Shown here in pieces: positions 63,400 to 64,000 of a stretch of 64,000 nucleotides of DNA. The notes under the pieces are model-generated. The model worked only from the letters and a program-made list of their open reading frames with translations, had not been told where the DNA came from and did not search any database. Made by a program: the position numbers and the translations under genes. The DNA comes from Lama guanicoe. Taxonomy: Eukaryota. The stretch covers positions 1,482,974-1,546,973 of the forward strand of contig MU053379.1 of assembly GCA_013239625.1 (NCBI GenBank). The letters run 5' to 3'. Positions within the stretch are counted from its first letter, which is position 1. Every line of letters begins with the position of its first letter.

Positions 63400-63460
63400 A
63401 CCTTTGATGTCACAATCTGACCTGCGGATATTAATCTGGCTACAGCTGCTCACAGACCAG
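63400..63460 (+). promoter_or_regulatory. putative SCP2D1 proximal promoter
   Basis: CRE-like TGATGTCA at 63405-63412, TGACCT half-site at 63418-63423 and TATA-like TATTAA at 63429-63434, about 60 nt upstream of the ATG. Confidence 0.45.
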
Positions 63461-63476
63461 ATGGCAGAGTCAATAG

Positions 63477-63962
<486 letters not shown>

Positions 63963-64000
63963 GCATGCAATACTACCAAGGAAGTGATCAGAACTTCTCT

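Overview
This is mammalian genomic DNA, most likely a camelid (alpaca, llama or camel), judged from its tRNA-derived SINE and L1 3' ends. It matches the DTD1-SCP2D1 interval (human 20p11.23 gene order). Positions 1-23407 are the end of a long DTD1 intron. The last coding exon of DTD1 (23408-23579, absent from the ORF track) encodes LSKLEKQQQRKEK...SSEREP*. A 9.3-kb 3'UTR intron follows, then a terminal exon (32879-~33480) with poly(A) signals. The rest is repeat-rich intergenic DNA: L1s, Tigger1, MER2/MER58/MER81, MLT1s, MIRs and two ERV1 solo LTRs with target-site duplications (TSDs). It also holds an orphan CpG-island promoter at ~58.1-58.5 kb and the intronless SCP2D1 gene at 63492-63962. 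Nearly all other listed ORFs look spurious or repeat-derived. No new biological system can be demonstrated from the sequence alone. The best leads are a possibly LTR-derived housekeeping-type promoter, an open frame continuing past the DTD1 stop across the 3'UTR splice, a uORF and degenerate PTS1 in SCP2D1, a poly(A)-tailed LTR retrocopy, and local AT-to-GC drift in old L1 copies. Gene and repeat names come from recalled sequences, not from a search.
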